Origin: an uncultured Candidatus Saccharibacteria bacterium
Lineage (GTDB): Bacteria > Patescibacteriota > Minisyncoccia > UBA6257 > WO2-44-18
Direction of reading: 5' to 3'
Assembly (NCBI GenBank): GCA_964503795.1
Contig: CAZDBT010000001.1
Coordinates: forward strand, 4,518-68,517
Length of the DNA stretch: 64,000 nt
Shown here: piece after piece, positions 1-10,149 of the stretch
Numbering within the stretch: the stretch's first letter is position 1
Layout of the letters: each line of letters begins with the position of its first letter
Notes under the pieces: model-generated
What the model saw: only the letters and a program-made list of their open reading frames with translations
Databases searched by the model: none
What the model was told of the DNA's origin: nothing
Translations under genes and position numbers: made by a program

Positions 1-390
1 CGACCGGCCCAACAATCGCGTCTCCAACCAAGTAATAAATCTGGTAGTTAAGATCGGGGCGAATGGCCAGGAGAGCAGGCGGAGAAGTCTGGCTCGCTTG
101 TCTTTCTGAAAAACCGAACTGGCATAATAAAACTGCAAACTCGGCACGGAATCAAATTCGTGGATGCAATTAGTTCTCAAGAACTTCGTCAGCATTAGAA
201 GCCGAGAATTTTGAACGGACCAATTCACATACTCAACATTCTTAGAAATAAAATAATCTCCCCGTAAGGCGTCAACGGAGCTACTGAAAACAACTACCCG
301 ATATTTGCTGGCAAGATATTCAATGTACTTTCCGCGCAAAATGTCCGATATAAATATAGGATTCTTTACGAATAAAAAGACGGTCTTCAT
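1..390 (-). CDS. Partial (N-terminal part; runs off window start) glycosyl/glycerophosphate transferase-like protein
   Basis: ATG at 390 overlaps the stop of the upstream gene; translation MKTVFLFVKNPIFISDILRG... stays open to base 1 and resembles the N-terminus of 22797..24140 (MKTIFITCFFNLAVRNIL). Confidence 0.5.
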   Translation of the reverse strand, partial: MKTVFLFVKNPIFISDILRGKYIEYLASKYRVVVFSSSVDALRGDYFISKNVEYVNWSVQNSRLLMLTKFLRTNCIHEFDSVPSLQFYYASSVFQKDKRARLLRLLSWPFAPILTTRFITWLETRLLGRS

Positions 391-1547
391 TAGCGGAAAA
401 GGTCAATAACTTTCTGGTTAAGTTTTTCCAGAATTACCCTCTGCTCCGCGATGGAGGCCGGAAGGGCAGTTTTGAATTTTTTGTCGGCAAGGCAGTCGGT
501 TATCCTTTTGAAGATGGCCTCTTCGGTGTCTACTGCCCGATCAACAAATCGGATAGTGTAATCCGGAACACCAGTATCCTGAACAAAATGTTTGATCTTG
601 TCCTGATCGCCAAGAGGAATGAAGGGGGTGCCGGCGCCGTAAGCAAAGATACAGCCGTGCAGTCTCATAGACATCATCAGATCTAGTTTTCGGTAAATAT
701 TAGTGAAGAAAGGAACGTGGGGGTGCAAAAGTTCTCCCGGCGGGGCGTACAAGAACGGCAACTCCTGGTGGAGACTGTAAATACTGCCGGCCGGGAAGGG
801 CGCGGCAAAATCCGCATAAGCTTCAAAGTCCACGATAGAAAGATGCGGCAGATAAAGTATCTGGGCATTTAATTCTTTGACGCACCTTAACAAGGCCGAT
901 TGCAAAGCTTTACGGAAATGCTTTTCATTTTCTGCTCCCGGCTCGGGATAACGATAATGCGGGCGATCACCGGCCAGGTTGAAAGCGATAAGCGGGCCGG
1001 ATGTGCGTTTCATCGGCAGATCAATATCCCGATCATGCAAAAACATTCCGGTATCCGGAGTAACCTCGATCTTGCTCGGATCCAGTCCGAAATCCTTCAC
1101 CAAGTCGCTCTTAACACCGGCGCCGCGAACGGTAAATATCGCAGCCTGCCTTTGTAGTTGGGCGATGTGCGGAGCAGTATAAGCCGGGAACTCATTGCCG
1201 CCATAGCTGAACTTATTATTTCCCAAACTGTAAACTACTATCGGTTTTTTTATCCTGGCAAGATTTTCCGGAGAAATATTAAATCCCCATCCGGAAACGC
1301 TTTTATCTTCCGGGCGGTGGAAGATCAGGCCGCCCCCACCGATCATCACTAAGTCCGCCTCCTCATTCATCTGATCAACTAATTTGTCGTGGAAAAAAGT
1401 CCGCTGACCATCGACCGGATAGAACTTGAAATATAAACCCGCCGACTCGGCCTGTTTATTCAACAGCCGGTGCAAATGATAGGTCAATGCCCAATCGCCG
1501 ATATTGCGATTCCAGCCGGCAACCTGCCAAACATTAATAATTTTCAT
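390..1547 (-). CDS. Polysaccharide pyruvyl transferase family protein
   Basis: NIGD, IGGGGL, TVR, PD and SMRLHGCIFAYGAGTPFI motifs. Confidence 0.8.
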   Translation of the reverse strand: MKIINVWQVAGWNRNIGDWALTYHLHRLLNKQAESAGLYFKFYPVDGQRTFFHDKLVDQMNEEADLVMIGGGGLIFHRPEDKSVSGWGFNISPENLARIKKPIVVYSLGNNKFSYGGNEFPAYTAPHIAQLQRQAAIFTVRGAGVKSDLVKDFGLDPSKIEVTPDTGMFLHDRDIDLPMKRTSGPLIAFNLAGDRPHYRYPEPGAENEKHFRKALQSALLRCVKELNAQILYLPHLSIVDFEAYADFAAPFPAGSIYSLHQELPFLYAPPGELLHPHVPFFTNIYRKLDLMMSMRLHGCIFAYGAGTPFIPLGDQDKIKHFVQDTGVPDYTIRFVDRAVDTEEAIFKRITDCLADKKFKTALPASIAEQRVILEKLNQKVIDLFR

Positions 1548-1558
1548 TTGATTAATAA

Positions 1559-2248
1559 CTAATTTTTTTCGGAAAGTCTCGCCAACTTTTCGGCATAAAT
1601 GAAATCTTCCTCGGTATCAATATCTACCGCCTCAAATTTATTGACCGGATAACCCATCGGCTGACCATACTGAAAAGTTTTATTTTTCAAAAGAGCCTCC
1701 ACCGGCGCGCACTGCGCCGTACCCACTAGATAAAATAGCGAAGGGGCATCCTGGGTCTGGAAATTATAAACCGTATCAGCCGCCACATTATTTAGCAGGC
1801 CGTTTTCGGATAAAGTCCTCAAATGATTCACGGTGCACCCCAGATCCGCCACCGTCAGAACGTTCTTCTTATTTTTTTGAGAAAGCTTTATAACCGCATC
1901 GATCGTGGCCTCGCCTCGTACCGGAGAAGTGGGAAGCAACTTTAAACAATAGTCATATTTTTCCGCTCCGCCGATCTTTTCCAAAAGATCTAACACCGGA
2001 ACCGATGAATGAACCTCCGTGCCGGATTGATCCTGGGGGCGCAGGAATGGCACCTTGGCGCCTTCCTGCTCGGCGTATTTCTTGATCTCGGGATCGTCGG
2101 TGCTGACATAAACTTCATCAACAAGGGCGCTCTTTAGAGCGGCCTGAATGGTATAGGAGAGCAAAGGCTTCCCGTTGAATAACCTCATATTTTTCCCAGG
2201 CACCCGATTGGAGACACTTTTGGCCGGGATGATCGCAACGGTTTTCAT
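1559..2248 (-). CDS. neuA: Acylneuraminate (nonulosonate) cytidylyltransferase, NeuA-like
   Basis: AIIPAKSVSNRVPGKN, VSTDD, VPFLRP, PTSP and DIDTEEDF motifs. Confidence 0.85.
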   Translation of the reverse strand: MKTVAIIPAKSVSNRVPGKNMRLFNGKPLLSYTIQAALKSALVDEVYVSTDDPEIKKYAEQEGAKVPFLRPQDQSGTEVHSSVPVLDLLEKIGGAEKYDYCLKLLPTSPVRGEATIDAVIKLSQKNKKNVLTVADLGCTVNHLRTLSENGLLNNVAADTVYNFQTQDAPSLFYLVGTAQCAPVEALLKNKTFQYGQPMGYPVNKFEAVDIDTEEDFIYAEKLARLSEKN

Positions 2249-2295
2249 ATTAAATAAGCGCGAACACTATAGGCATATAATAAAAAATCACGCCC

Positions 2296-3309
2296 TTATT
2301 GTAAAGACGTGATCTGATTTTTCAGCAAGGAACTTTTGATCGCCAGGATCGTCTGCAGTACCTTCTTCCCTTCCGACAAAGGACCAGCAAGCGCGCTATT
2401 CATACCCTGGATCATCAAGCGAAATTCCCGAAGCTCGTTCAAAAAAGTCTCGTTGCGTTCAAACCCCTCGGGCTCCAAATTGATCATCGGCTTCTTGGAG
2501 CTGTCCAGCGGAATGAACTCCAGTTTTTGCCCGAAGTAATCCCAGCAGATCCGCCCCTTGGTGGTGACGATCTCCAGGCTCCGCTTCGGCGGACTCTTGA
2601 GGTAATCAAGATCCAGCGAACCGACGAGGCCTGACTTGAACTTCATCAGAACCTTCGCCACATCTTCCACCTGGATCTGCAGGCCGCCCAGCGATCCACC
2701 GATCGCCATCACGTTTGCGGGCTGGCCGAAAAGCCAATGCAGGTAATCCACTTCGTGACTCTGCGTAAGCACCACTCCGCCTCCCAGATCTTTCCTGGAG
2801 GCGTAGCTGTCGCGGTAGTCTTCCCAGGGATGCCAGCCGGTAACTCTTTCCGCCATCTCGGCATGAAAAGAGATCGCCTCCCCGAACCTCTCACTGCACT
2901 TGGAGAGCCTCTCCCTGATTATCCATATGAATGGATGGAATCGGAGATTGTAAGCCACGTAAGCGATCCGTCCCTGTCGGGTAACTTCCTGCTCCAATTC
3001 ATCCACGCCTTCCATACTGTCGGAAAGCGGCTTTTCGATGAAGAGGTGGCAGCCGGCCCGAGCGGCCTCCAAAGCCACAGGAATATGCAACGAGGTCGGA
3101 TTGGCGACTAGCGCGACATCGGGCTTCTCGGCCAAAGCCTCCTTGAGATCGGTAAAGATCTTGGGCTGATGTTCGGCGATGAACTTCTCAACAAATTCCG
3201 AAGATCCCTTACCCGTCCGAAAGACGATCAGGTCTTTTTCACCCAGCGTGAGCAGGTTGCGATAGTGTCTCTGCCCGATGGAACCCAATCCGCAGATCAG
3301 AAACTTCAT
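2296..3309 (-). CDS. Gfo/Idh/MocA family oxidoreductase
   Basis: GLGSIG, IEKP, YNLRFHP, GGGVVLTQSHEVD. Confidence 0.9.
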   Translation of the reverse strand: MKFLICGLGSIGQRHYRNLLTLGEKDLIVFRTGKGSSEFVEKFIAEHQPKIFTDLKEALAEKPDVALVANPTSLHIPVALEAARAGCHLFIEKPLSDSMEGVDELEQEVTRQGRIAYVAYNLRFHPFIWIIRERLSKCSERFGEAISFHAEMAERVTGWHPWEDYRDSYASRKDLGGGVVLTQSHEVDYLHWLFGQPANVMAIGGSLGGLQIQVEDVAKVLMKFKSGLVGSLDLDYLKSPPKRSLEIVTTKGRICWDYFGQKLEFIPLDSSKKPMINLEPEGFERNETFLNELREFRLMIQGMNSALAGPLSEGKKVLQTILAIKSSLLKNQITSLQ

Positions 3310-3393
3310 CTTTTGTCCTCCGAATTTGACTATCAGGAACTGCCAGTACTTTAGAATAATTTTTGAAGATTGTCAAAAAGTCAAAAAAATAAA

Positions 3394-3416
3394 AACACCC
3401 CGTAGAACGGGGCGTT
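3394..3416 (-). terminator. Intrinsic terminator
   Basis: AACACCCCGT-AGA-ACGGGGCGTT stem-loop with an A-tract on + (U-tract on -), just downstream of 3423..4169. Confidence 0.6.
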
Positions 3417-3422
3417 AAGAAG

Positions 3423-4169
3423 CTAGTCAGTCGGCCGAATCTTGGCTTCGGCGAACGGCTTGGCGATGATGCCAAGCATGATGTGATCGTTGAGGTAATA
3501 GTCCCAGTAAAGGTGGGTGCGAAGCTCGTTGCCATCGTTGGCCACTCCGTGCAAACAGGACTGGTTGAAGGTGTAAACCCAGCCAGCCTCCATCGTATAC
3601 GGCTTCTCGTCCATTAGGAACTTAACTCCGGGGTTGGTGAAGATCGGGAGATGGAACCGCAGCTTCCAGTTGTGTTCCCGTCCCGGGATAGCGATGATCT
3701 TCTCACGGTGCTTGCCAAGCGTACCACCGCCGGTGATGGACTGCATCCGAACGTTCTGCAGTTCGGAATCTCCGAAATAACGCCGGAAGAACTCCGGGAT
3801 GTGGACCAGTCGGCTGTTAAACTTCCGCTCCACCGCGCTCCAGTGGTGATCATCCTTGAAATACAACACGTCGTCCTTGGAGTTGTAGAGACTATGTTGC
3901 ATCAGACTGTTCGGCTTCGGCTTCCAGGAAGGGTCCTCGCGAGAAACGAATTTGTAGGTCGGGTGATCGCCGTCAACCATCTGGCCGGGATCGCTGGACA
4001 GAATACCCCGCACCTCGGCCTGGATCTTGGCGAACAGCTCCGGATCACACCGGAACAAGCGAAGGATAGAAATTTCTCCATGAATCAGCTTCGGAATCAT
4101 AGCATTGGCTTCCGGCGAATTCCGGCACAAGTCATCACTAAGTGGGGTAAATGGCTGTTCGGGCGTCAT
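3423..4169 (-). CDS. Aspartyl/asparaginyl beta-hydroxylase-like 2OG-Fe(II) oxygenase
   Basis: H-R-E...RFHLPIFTNP...FNQSCLHGVANDGNELRTHL; start placed at ATG 4169 behind an AGGAG RBS. Confidence 0.75.
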   Translation of the reverse strand: MTPEQPFTPLSDDLCRNSPEANAMIPKLIHGEISILRLFRCDPELFAKIQAEVRGILSSDPGQMVDGDHPTYKFVSREDPSWKPKPNSLMQHSLYNSKDDVLYFKDDHHWSAVERKFNSRLVHIPEFFRRYFGDSELQNVRMQSITGGGTLGKHREKIIAIPGREHNWKLRFHLPIFTNPGVKFLMDEKPYTMEAGWVYTFNQSCLHGVANDGNELRTHLYWDYYLNDHIMLGIIAKPFAEAKIRPTD

Positions 4170-4237
4170 TTGAGTCTCCTTTGAAAGTCCTGCCCGTAAA
4201 TTAACGAAAAATAACCCAAAAGTCAACATAGAAAAAA

Positions 4238-4255
4238 CCCGAGCGCGAGCTCGGG
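4238..4255 (-). terminator. Intrinsic terminator
   Basis: CCCGAGC-GCGA-GCTCGGG preceded by A6 on +. Confidence 0.6.
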
Positions 4256-4265
4256 ATTAATTTGT

Positions 4266-5108
4266 TTACATCGACCGGTAAATGTCCCGGATGAATTGAA
4301 TGTTCCTTTTGGCGTTGGCGACGACCAGATCCTGCTCGCCGCGGGCTGCCTGAAGGATCAAGGGGTTCCGGTAATTGATCGCCTTCAGCGCGGCGAACAC
4401 CGCAGGGAAATTGGCAGCTCCGGTTCCCAGCGGAACCGAGGAACCTCCCAATTTCCTATCCTTGACGTGGACGCCAACGATCAGATCTTTCAGCAGCAAG
4501 ATCTCTTTAGGCACATCAAATCCCATAGAGGCGGCATTGCCGACATCATAGTACACCTTCACCCGAGGATGCCGGAAATTTTCTATCAACTCCTTCAACT
4601 CTACCGCCGGCAGAGACGACTCAAAGGCAATGTCTACTCCGGCCGCATTAGCCTGAACCAAAAAAGGCGTCAAGTTGTTGATCAGTTGCGTCTTTTCATT
4701 ATCGCCGACGACCTCCGATCTTTCCAAGATCGGGATCAGGATCGTCTTGATCCCGATCCGCCGGCAGTTCTTAATAAGCAACGCCAGCACCACCTGCGCC
4801 AGCGCCAGCTTATCTCCAACGGAACGATGCAGGGTGTAATCCATGAAAAAATCTACGCACACCGAACGGATGGCGACCGAATTTTTTTCCGCCAACAGTT
4901 TCATTTCTTCCAACTCTAGGCCGCCGAGGATCGGATTGTCGGGGTAGTCTTCCGTGTGGAAGATCGGCTCGATCAACTGCAGTCCGATCTGGTGAGCCAG
5001 CGAAAATTCCGCGCGCCAGTTGTTCTTAGGGAAAAATTGCAGTCGGCCATCCGGAGAAGGCGTGAGTCTGCCCTGGATAATGCCGATGGGCGGATGATCA
5101 TTTACCAT
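4266..5108 (-). CDS. Sugar-phosphate isomerase/epimerase (xylose-isomerase-like TIM barrel, UlaE/SgbU-like)
   Basis: GIIQGRL, YYDVGN, VHVKDR...SVPLGTG motifs. Confidence 0.8.
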   Translation of the reverse strand: MVNDHPPIGIIQGRLTPSPDGRLQFFPKNNWRAEFSLAHQIGLQLIEPIFHTEDYPDNPILGGLELEEMKLLAEKNSVAIRSVCVDFFMDYTLHRSVGDKLALAQVVLALLIKNCRRIGIKTILIPILERSEVVGDNEKTQLINNLTPFLVQANAAGVDIAFESSLPAVELKELIENFRHPRVKVYYDVGNAASMGFDVPKEILLLKDLIVGVHVKDRKLGGSSVPLGTGAANFPAVFAALKAINYRNPLILQAARGEQDLVVANAKRNIQFIRDIYRSM

Positions 5109-5863
5109 GCTGTCCTCCCTCCGTCCACGTGCAAGCACGCGCCGGTTACGAACGCCGAAGCGTCCGAAGCCAGGAATAACATCGGTCCGTTAAATTCGCC
5201 TGGCTGCGCCATCCGGCCCAGCATGTTCAGAGCGCCGTTCTTCTTGGCAAACTCTTCGGAATGATTGTTGTTCATCCCGCCGGGCGCCAAAGCGTTGACG
5301 CGAACGTTGTATTCGCCCAAGCGGGCCGCCCAAAATCTCATCATCCCGAGTACTCCGGCCTTGGCTGTTCCGTAGGCAATGTCCTTGAACTGGCCCGGCT
5401 GGTATAGAGAATTGTTCGGACCGATCACTCCCAAGTCGGAAGAAATGAAGATGATGGAACCGAACTTCTGATTCATCATCACCGGCGCCACCGCCTGGGT
5501 GACGAACATCTGGCCGCTCAAGTTCACATCGATCTCTCTGCGCCAGAGCTCGGCCGAAAAATCTTCATAAGCCTCCCACTGACGATGGACGCCCTCTTTG
5601 GCCACTGCCGGATTCAGAGCCGCATTGTTGATCAACGCATCAATCCGGTCGTAGGAATCAGTCACCTCTTCAACGGCTTTTCTGATTGCTGCGGGATTGG
5701 TTATATCCGTTATTACAGTATTGCTACCGTGGAGAGAAATAGCGTCCAAAACAACCGGTTTGCCGCCAGCCTGTTTGACTGCGGCAACATACTGTCGGCC
5801 CAAAAATCCATTCCCACCTGTGATCAGGACCACCTTGCCCTTCAACGAAAACAAGTCGCTCAT
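5102..5863 (-). CDS. SDR family oxidoreductase
   Basis: TGGNGFLG, NNAA, YGTAK, VRVNALAPGG, VDGG. Confidence 0.9.
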   Translation of the reverse strand: MSDLFSLKGKVVLITGGNGFLGRQYVAAVKQAGGKPVVLDAISLHGSNTVITDITNPAAIRKAVEEVTDSYDRIDALINNAALNPAVAKEGVHRQWEAYEDFSAELWRREIDVNLSGQMFVTQAVAPVMMNQKFGSIIFISSDLGVIGPNNSLYQPGQFKDIAYGTAKAGVLGMMRFWAARLGEYNVRVNALAPGGMNNNHSEEFAKKNGALNMLGRMAQPGEFNGPMLFLASDASAFVTGACLHVDGGRTAW

Positions 5864-5925
5864 AAAGCCTCCTTTAAAAGTCCTGCCCATAAATTACCTG
5901 GAAAATACGTAAATGTCAATAAAAA

Positions 5926-5948
5926 ATCGCCCCGCAATGAGGGGCGAT
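5926..5948 (-). terminator. Intrinsic terminator
   Basis: ATCGCCCC-GCAATGA-GGGGCGAT with adjacent A-tract, downstream of neuB. Confidence 0.6.
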
Positions 5949-5964
5949 CTAGTTTCATTCTTGG

Positions 5965-6924
5965 TTAACCTTTTCGCCGCAACTTCTTCATGATCGGAAT
6001 TTCGCTCTCCAGCACCCGCTTCACTCCATCGCCGCGCGCCGCTTCGAACTCTCGAATCCTGCCGACCAACTCGGCAAAATCTTTCGGCTCCAGACTGGCG
6101 GCCTGATCGCTGCCCCACATCTTGCGATCCAGGGTGATATGCCGCTCGATCACGCAAGCGCCCATTGCCACCGCGCAGAGAGTGGTATAGAGACCGGTCT
6201 CATGACCGCTATAACCGACGGGGATCCCAGAGTGATGCAGGCTTAGGTGGCGAATGACCTCCAGATTCAACTCCTCAAGTTTGGCCGGATAGGTTGAAAC
6301 GCAATGGAGCAGTACCAACGCCGGCTCTTTCCAAGCCGGCGCCAACACTTTGATGGCCTCCTTGATCTGTGAGTCAGTGCTCATTCCCGTGGAAAGGATC
6401 GCGGGCTTGCCCTTCGAGTAGATATGCCGGAGCAAACCATCATCGGTCAGAGAAGCGGAAGCCACCTTATAGCAGACGGGGTCGAACTCGTCGAAAAAAT
6501 CGACGCTCGCCTCATCCCAACAGGAAGCGAACCACATCATCCCGATCTCCTTGCAGTAGCGATCGATCTCTCGGTACTCATCGCGCGTCAACTCCAAGGC
6601 CCATTTCAGATCACCGTTGGTGGTGTTCCGGTAGCCGGATTTCTCCAAACGCTCGATGGCTTCTGCCGACAAAATACCACGTCGGATAGCATCGTACATC
6701 ATTTCCGCCGGGACTTCTCTGGCTTTTGCCAGCTCTTCCGGAGAATAAACCACCGGAACGGTCCGCTTCTGGAATTTCACCGCCTGGCAACCGGCTGCCC
6801 TTGCGGCATCGATCAGTTGCTTGACCAGCTCCATCCTGCCGTTGTGATTGATGCCGATCTCTGCGATGACAAAGGTCGGACGGTCGCTGCCGAGCTTCAC
6901 CCCACCGATGACGATTTCTCTCAC
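5965..6924 (-). CDS. neuB: N-acetylneuraminate/nonulosonate synthase (NeuB family, no C-terminal SAF domain)
   Basis: IAEIGINHNG, VKFQKR, KVASA, LSTGMS, HCVSTYP, GYSGHE, IERHITLDR. Confidence 0.92.
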   Translation of the reverse strand: MREIVIGGVKLGSDRPTFVIAEIGINHNGRMELVKQLIDAARAAGCQAVKFQKRTVPVVYSPEELAKAREVPAEMMYDAIRRGILSAEAIERLEKSGYRNTTNGDLKWALELTRDEYREIDRYCKEIGMMWFASCWDEASVDFFDEFDPVCYKVASASLTDDGLLRHIYSKGKPAILSTGMSTDSQIKEAIKVLAPAWKEPALVLLHCVSTYPAKLEELNLEVIRHLSLHHSGIPVGYSGHETGLYTTLCAVAMGACVIERHITLDRKMWGSDQAASLEPKDFAELVGRIREFEAARGDGVKRVLESEIPIMKKLRRKG

Positions 6925-6997
6925 TGTTGATCCTCGCGAATGAAGGTTCTGGTATCAGCTTAGGTACCAGTGGCCGGTTATGTCAAGCTAGAGAAAA

Positions 6998-8185
6998 TTA
7001 AAACCGTTTGAGAAATTCTTCGAAAACTTCCAGTAAATAATCCATATGCTTATTGGTCAGACCGTGATGACAACCCACAACAAAGGAGCTCTTCATTATA
7101 AAGTCGGCCTTGGGATAACCGCTCTTCAATTCAACCCGCTTAACATTGCGGAAACCCGGCTGTTTCAAAATATTTCCGGTAAAGATCGGCCTGGTTTGCA
7201 CATCTTTGTTCTCCAAATAAGTAACGATCTCCGTTCTGGAAAAGGGGGCGTTCGGTTTTATCATCAACGGAAAGGCAAGCCAATTCGTTTCAACATTCTT
7301 CCCCTGCTCCGGAAGGACGAAGAAGCGCTCATAGCGCTGGAAGTAGCTTTTTAAAGTTTTGAAATTCTTTTTCCGGATGGCCGAGAATTTTTTCAATTTT
7401 TTCAATTGCGCCAGTCCGAAAGCAGCGGAAATATCAGTGGTGCGCATATTGTATCCAACTTCATCGAAGATAAATTTGGAATCGTACGGCAGACCGCCAA
7501 GCTTGAACTTTAATCGCTGACGTATGTCTTCGGATTCGTTCAAAGCCGATCGCCTGCCCCAGCCGCTCAAAATACGCGCTCGCTTGTATCGCTCGGGATC
7601 ATTGAAGCAAACCATCCCCCCCTCGCCGGCCGCCGTAACAATGTGGGAAGCGTAAAAGCTGGTAGTGGAGATATCGGAATAAGTACCGGTAGGCTTGCCG
7701 TTGAGGGTCGCCCCCAAGGTATCGCAGGAATCTTCTATGAGAAAAAGTTTATGTTTTTTGGCCAATGCTCTAAGGCGCGGCAGATCCGGAATATTTCCAA
7801 ACAAAGAGGGGGCCATAATGGCTCTGGTTCGGCTGGTGATGGCTTTCTCCACCTGATCGATGTTCAAAATATACTTTCCGAATTCCACATCCACGAATAC
7901 CGGGATCAATCCTTTTTGGATAATAGGAGCGACGGTAGTGGAAAAAGTCAGGATAGGAGTGATCACCTCTGCGCCCCGAGATAAATTCAACGACTCCAAG
8001 GCGAGCAAATTAGCGGAAGATCCCGAATTAACCATCAGGCCGAATTTTTTTCCGAAAATACCGGAGATCTTTTTTTCAAATTCAGCCACATTTTTCCCGG
8101 CCACAATCTGAGGTGTTTTTAAAACCTCATTAACCGCAGCGATCTCTTCTTTTCCAAAAACAGTTAGAGCGTATGGAATTCTCAT
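6998..8185 (-). CDS. DegT/RfbH family PLP/PMP enzyme, probable CDP-4-keto-6-deoxyglucose 3-dehydrase
   Basis: NSGSSANL, EDSCD, SFYASHIVTAAGEGG (His at the usual Lys position, typical of E1/ColD dehydrases); start MRIPYA. Confidence 0.75.
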   Translation of the reverse strand: MRIPYALTVFGKEEIAAVNEVLKTPQIVAGKNVAEFEKKISGIFGKKFGLMVNSGSSANLLALESLNLSRGAEVITPILTFSTTVAPIIQKGLIPVFVDVEFGKYILNIDQVEKAITSRTRAIMAPSLFGNIPDLPRLRALAKKHKLFLIEDSCDTLGATLNGKPTGTYSDISTTSFYASHIVTAAGEGGMVCFNDPERYKRARILSGWGRRSALNESEDIRQRLKFKLGGLPYDSKFIFDEVGYNMRTTDISAAFGLAQLKKLKKFSAIRKKNFKTLKSYFQRYERFFVLPEQGKNVETNWLAFPLMIKPNAPFSRTEIVTYLENKDVQTRPIFTGNILKQPGFRNVKRVELKSGYPKADFIMKSSFVVGCHHGLTNKHMDYLLEVFEEFLKRF

Positions 8186-9162
8186 TATTTTTTTGTAGCC
8201 GGAAGGCGGTTTTCCTGATACCAGCGGATGGTTTTCGCTAAAGCGGCTTCTAGGGCGGTCTGGGCTTGCCAACCCAATAGTTTCTTCGCTTTGTCACTAT
8301 TCATATAGAAGCGAGCTACATCCAGGGGCCGATACGGCTCTTTTCCGAAGTTTATCTTGATCGGCTTGCCCATTAACTTATTTATTTTGTTAACAATATC
8401 TTTCACTCGATACTTGGTATTGCTACCAAGATTAATTATTTCACCAATCGCCTTTTTTTCAATGCCGGCAGCCAGAATGCCGCCTATCAGATCTTCTACA
8501 TAAAGGAAGTCGCGCCAGTGTTCGCCGGGATTCATATCGAAATCTTTTTTCGCCAAAGCAGATATGATCAGGTTCGAAACCAGCATTCCCAAGCCCTGCT
8601 TCGGCCCGAATGTAGCGGCGGGACGGATCACGCAGGCCTTCAGACCGACGATCTTATGAAACAACAAAACCAGATTCGTAGCCATGGTTTTACTTAGAGA
8701 ATATGGGGAGATCGGCGACTCTCTCTGTGATTCGGAAAATGGGGACGCCCCGCTCCCGTATTCTTCAATGGTTCCAAAATGAACAAATCTTTCCGGCTGA
8801 ATTTCCGCGGCGGCGGCAAGTAAATTCGCGGTATTTTGAAAATTTTCCTTTACCGCCTCATCAAGAGTCTGAAGCGCGCGTCGATTGTTCATAAAGCTGG
8901 CCAGGTGGAATATCAGCGACGGCCGTTCGGCCAAGATCATTTTCTTCACCGCGGCGGCATCACCCAGATCAGCACTGATGATCTTGATCCTTTTTTGCGT
9001 GCCACGAAGACGCCAGAGATCGGTTCCCGACCGGACCAATACCGCAACCTCAACGCCAAGACGGAAAAGCTCCGCCACCAAAAAGGAACCGATAAAGCCG
9101 GCCCCGCCGGTAACCAAGACCTTTTTGCCGCGATAGGATTTTTTGAGATTAGAGATGGTCAA
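8185..9162 (-). CDS. NAD-dependent epimerase/reductase (CDP-dideoxyhexose synthase-like)
   Basis: [13 protein letters not shown]. Confidence 0.8.
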   Translation of the reverse strand: MTISNLKKSYRGKKVLVTGGAGFIGSFLVAELFRLGVEVAVLVRSGTDLWRLRGTQKRIKIISADLGDAAAVKKMILAERPSLIFHLASFMNNRRALQTLDEAVKENFQNTANLLAAAAEIQPERFVHFGTIEEYGSGASPFSESQRESPISPYSLSKTMATNLVLLFHKIVGLKACVIRPAATFGPKQGLGMLVSNLIISALAKKDFDMNPGEHWRDFLYVEDLIGGILAAGIEKKAIGEIINLGSNTKYRVKDIVNKINKLMGKPIKINFGKEPYRPLDVARFYMNSDKAKKLLGWQAQTALEAALAKTIRWYQENRLPATKK

Positions 9163-9168
9163 AACAAA

Positions 9169-10149
9169 TTAGACGGAGTGATTTTCCAGATACTTAACGT
9201 ACCAGGGGATGGTCTTTTTTATTCCCTGACTGAAAGTGTGCCGAGGCTCCCAATTCAAAAGCTTTTTGGCCAGCGCGTAGGAAGCATATTGATATTTGAT
9301 CTCGCATCCTTTGGTGCGGATTATTTTCGGCGCGATGTCCTGACCCTTTTCTTTGGAAATTGCCACGATCACGTCCTCGGTAGACATCGGCTTATTAGTG
9401 GAAAAGTTGAAGGCCTGGCCATAGATCTTTTCGTTCATCTTCTCGGCCATCTGCATATAGGCCGCGGCCGCGTCTTCCACGTAAAGGTAATCCCGCAGAG
9501 TTTCTTTGCTATCCCGGATCACCGGCGCCTGATTCTCATGCAAATGCTTGATGGTATTCGGAACGATACGGGTCAATTTCAGATCTCCTGGCCCATAAAG
9601 ATTGGTGCAGCGGGTGATACAAACCGGCAAATTAAAGGTTTTCCAATAGCTTTGGGCGATCAGGTCCGCGCAAGTCTTAGAAACTTCATATGGGTAAACC
9701 CCCTTTAAGTGATGGGTGTCCTCTTTATAGGGAAGGTCGGTATGGTGGCCATAAGCCTTATCCGAAGAAGCAATAATAATTCTTTTCACCGTGCCGAGGT
9801 TCCGACTGGCCTCCAAAATATTCCAGGTGCCGGCGACATTGGTCTCAAAAGTCTCTATCGGATCGTCTACCGCCTGATCCACGATAGCTTGGGCGGCCAA
9901 ATGGAAAACTGTGTCTATCTTTTTTTCTTTTAGAATTTTCTTGATCAACTCCCGGTCGCGGACATCACCTCGGATTATATTGGTCTTCTCCGCCAGCCGC
10001 TCTTCATCAAAAACCGAACCCGGATTGTCCTCATAAACCAAAACGAACGGCTTATTGCCGCTCTTGATCAGGGCTTTGACCAAATGAGCTCCCAGAAAAC
10101 CGTTACCCCCGGTCACAAAAACCCTATTATTTGACCAAAATTTACTCAT
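9169..10149 (-). CDS. NDP-sugar 4,6-dehydratase (RfbG/CDP-glucose 4,6-dehydratase-like)
   Basis: TGGNGFLG, HLAAQAIV, SSDKAY, YEVSK, NLYGPGD. Confidence 0.8.
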   Translation of the reverse strand: MSKFWSNNRVFVTGGNGFLGAHLVKALIKSGNKPFVLVYEDNPGSVFDEERLAEKTNIIRGDVRDRELIKKILKEKKIDTVFHLAAQAIVDQAVDDPIETFETNVAGTWNILEASRNLGTVKRIIIASSDKAYGHHTDLPYKEDTHHLKGVYPYEVSKTCADLIAQSYWKTFNLPVCITRCTNLYGPGDLKLTRIVPNTIKHLHENQAPVIRDSKETLRDYLYVEDAAAAYMQMAEKMNEKIYGQAFNFSTNKPMSTEDVIVAISKEKGQDIAPKIIRTKGCEIKYQYASYALAKKLLNWEPRHTFSQGIKKTIPWYVKYLENHSV

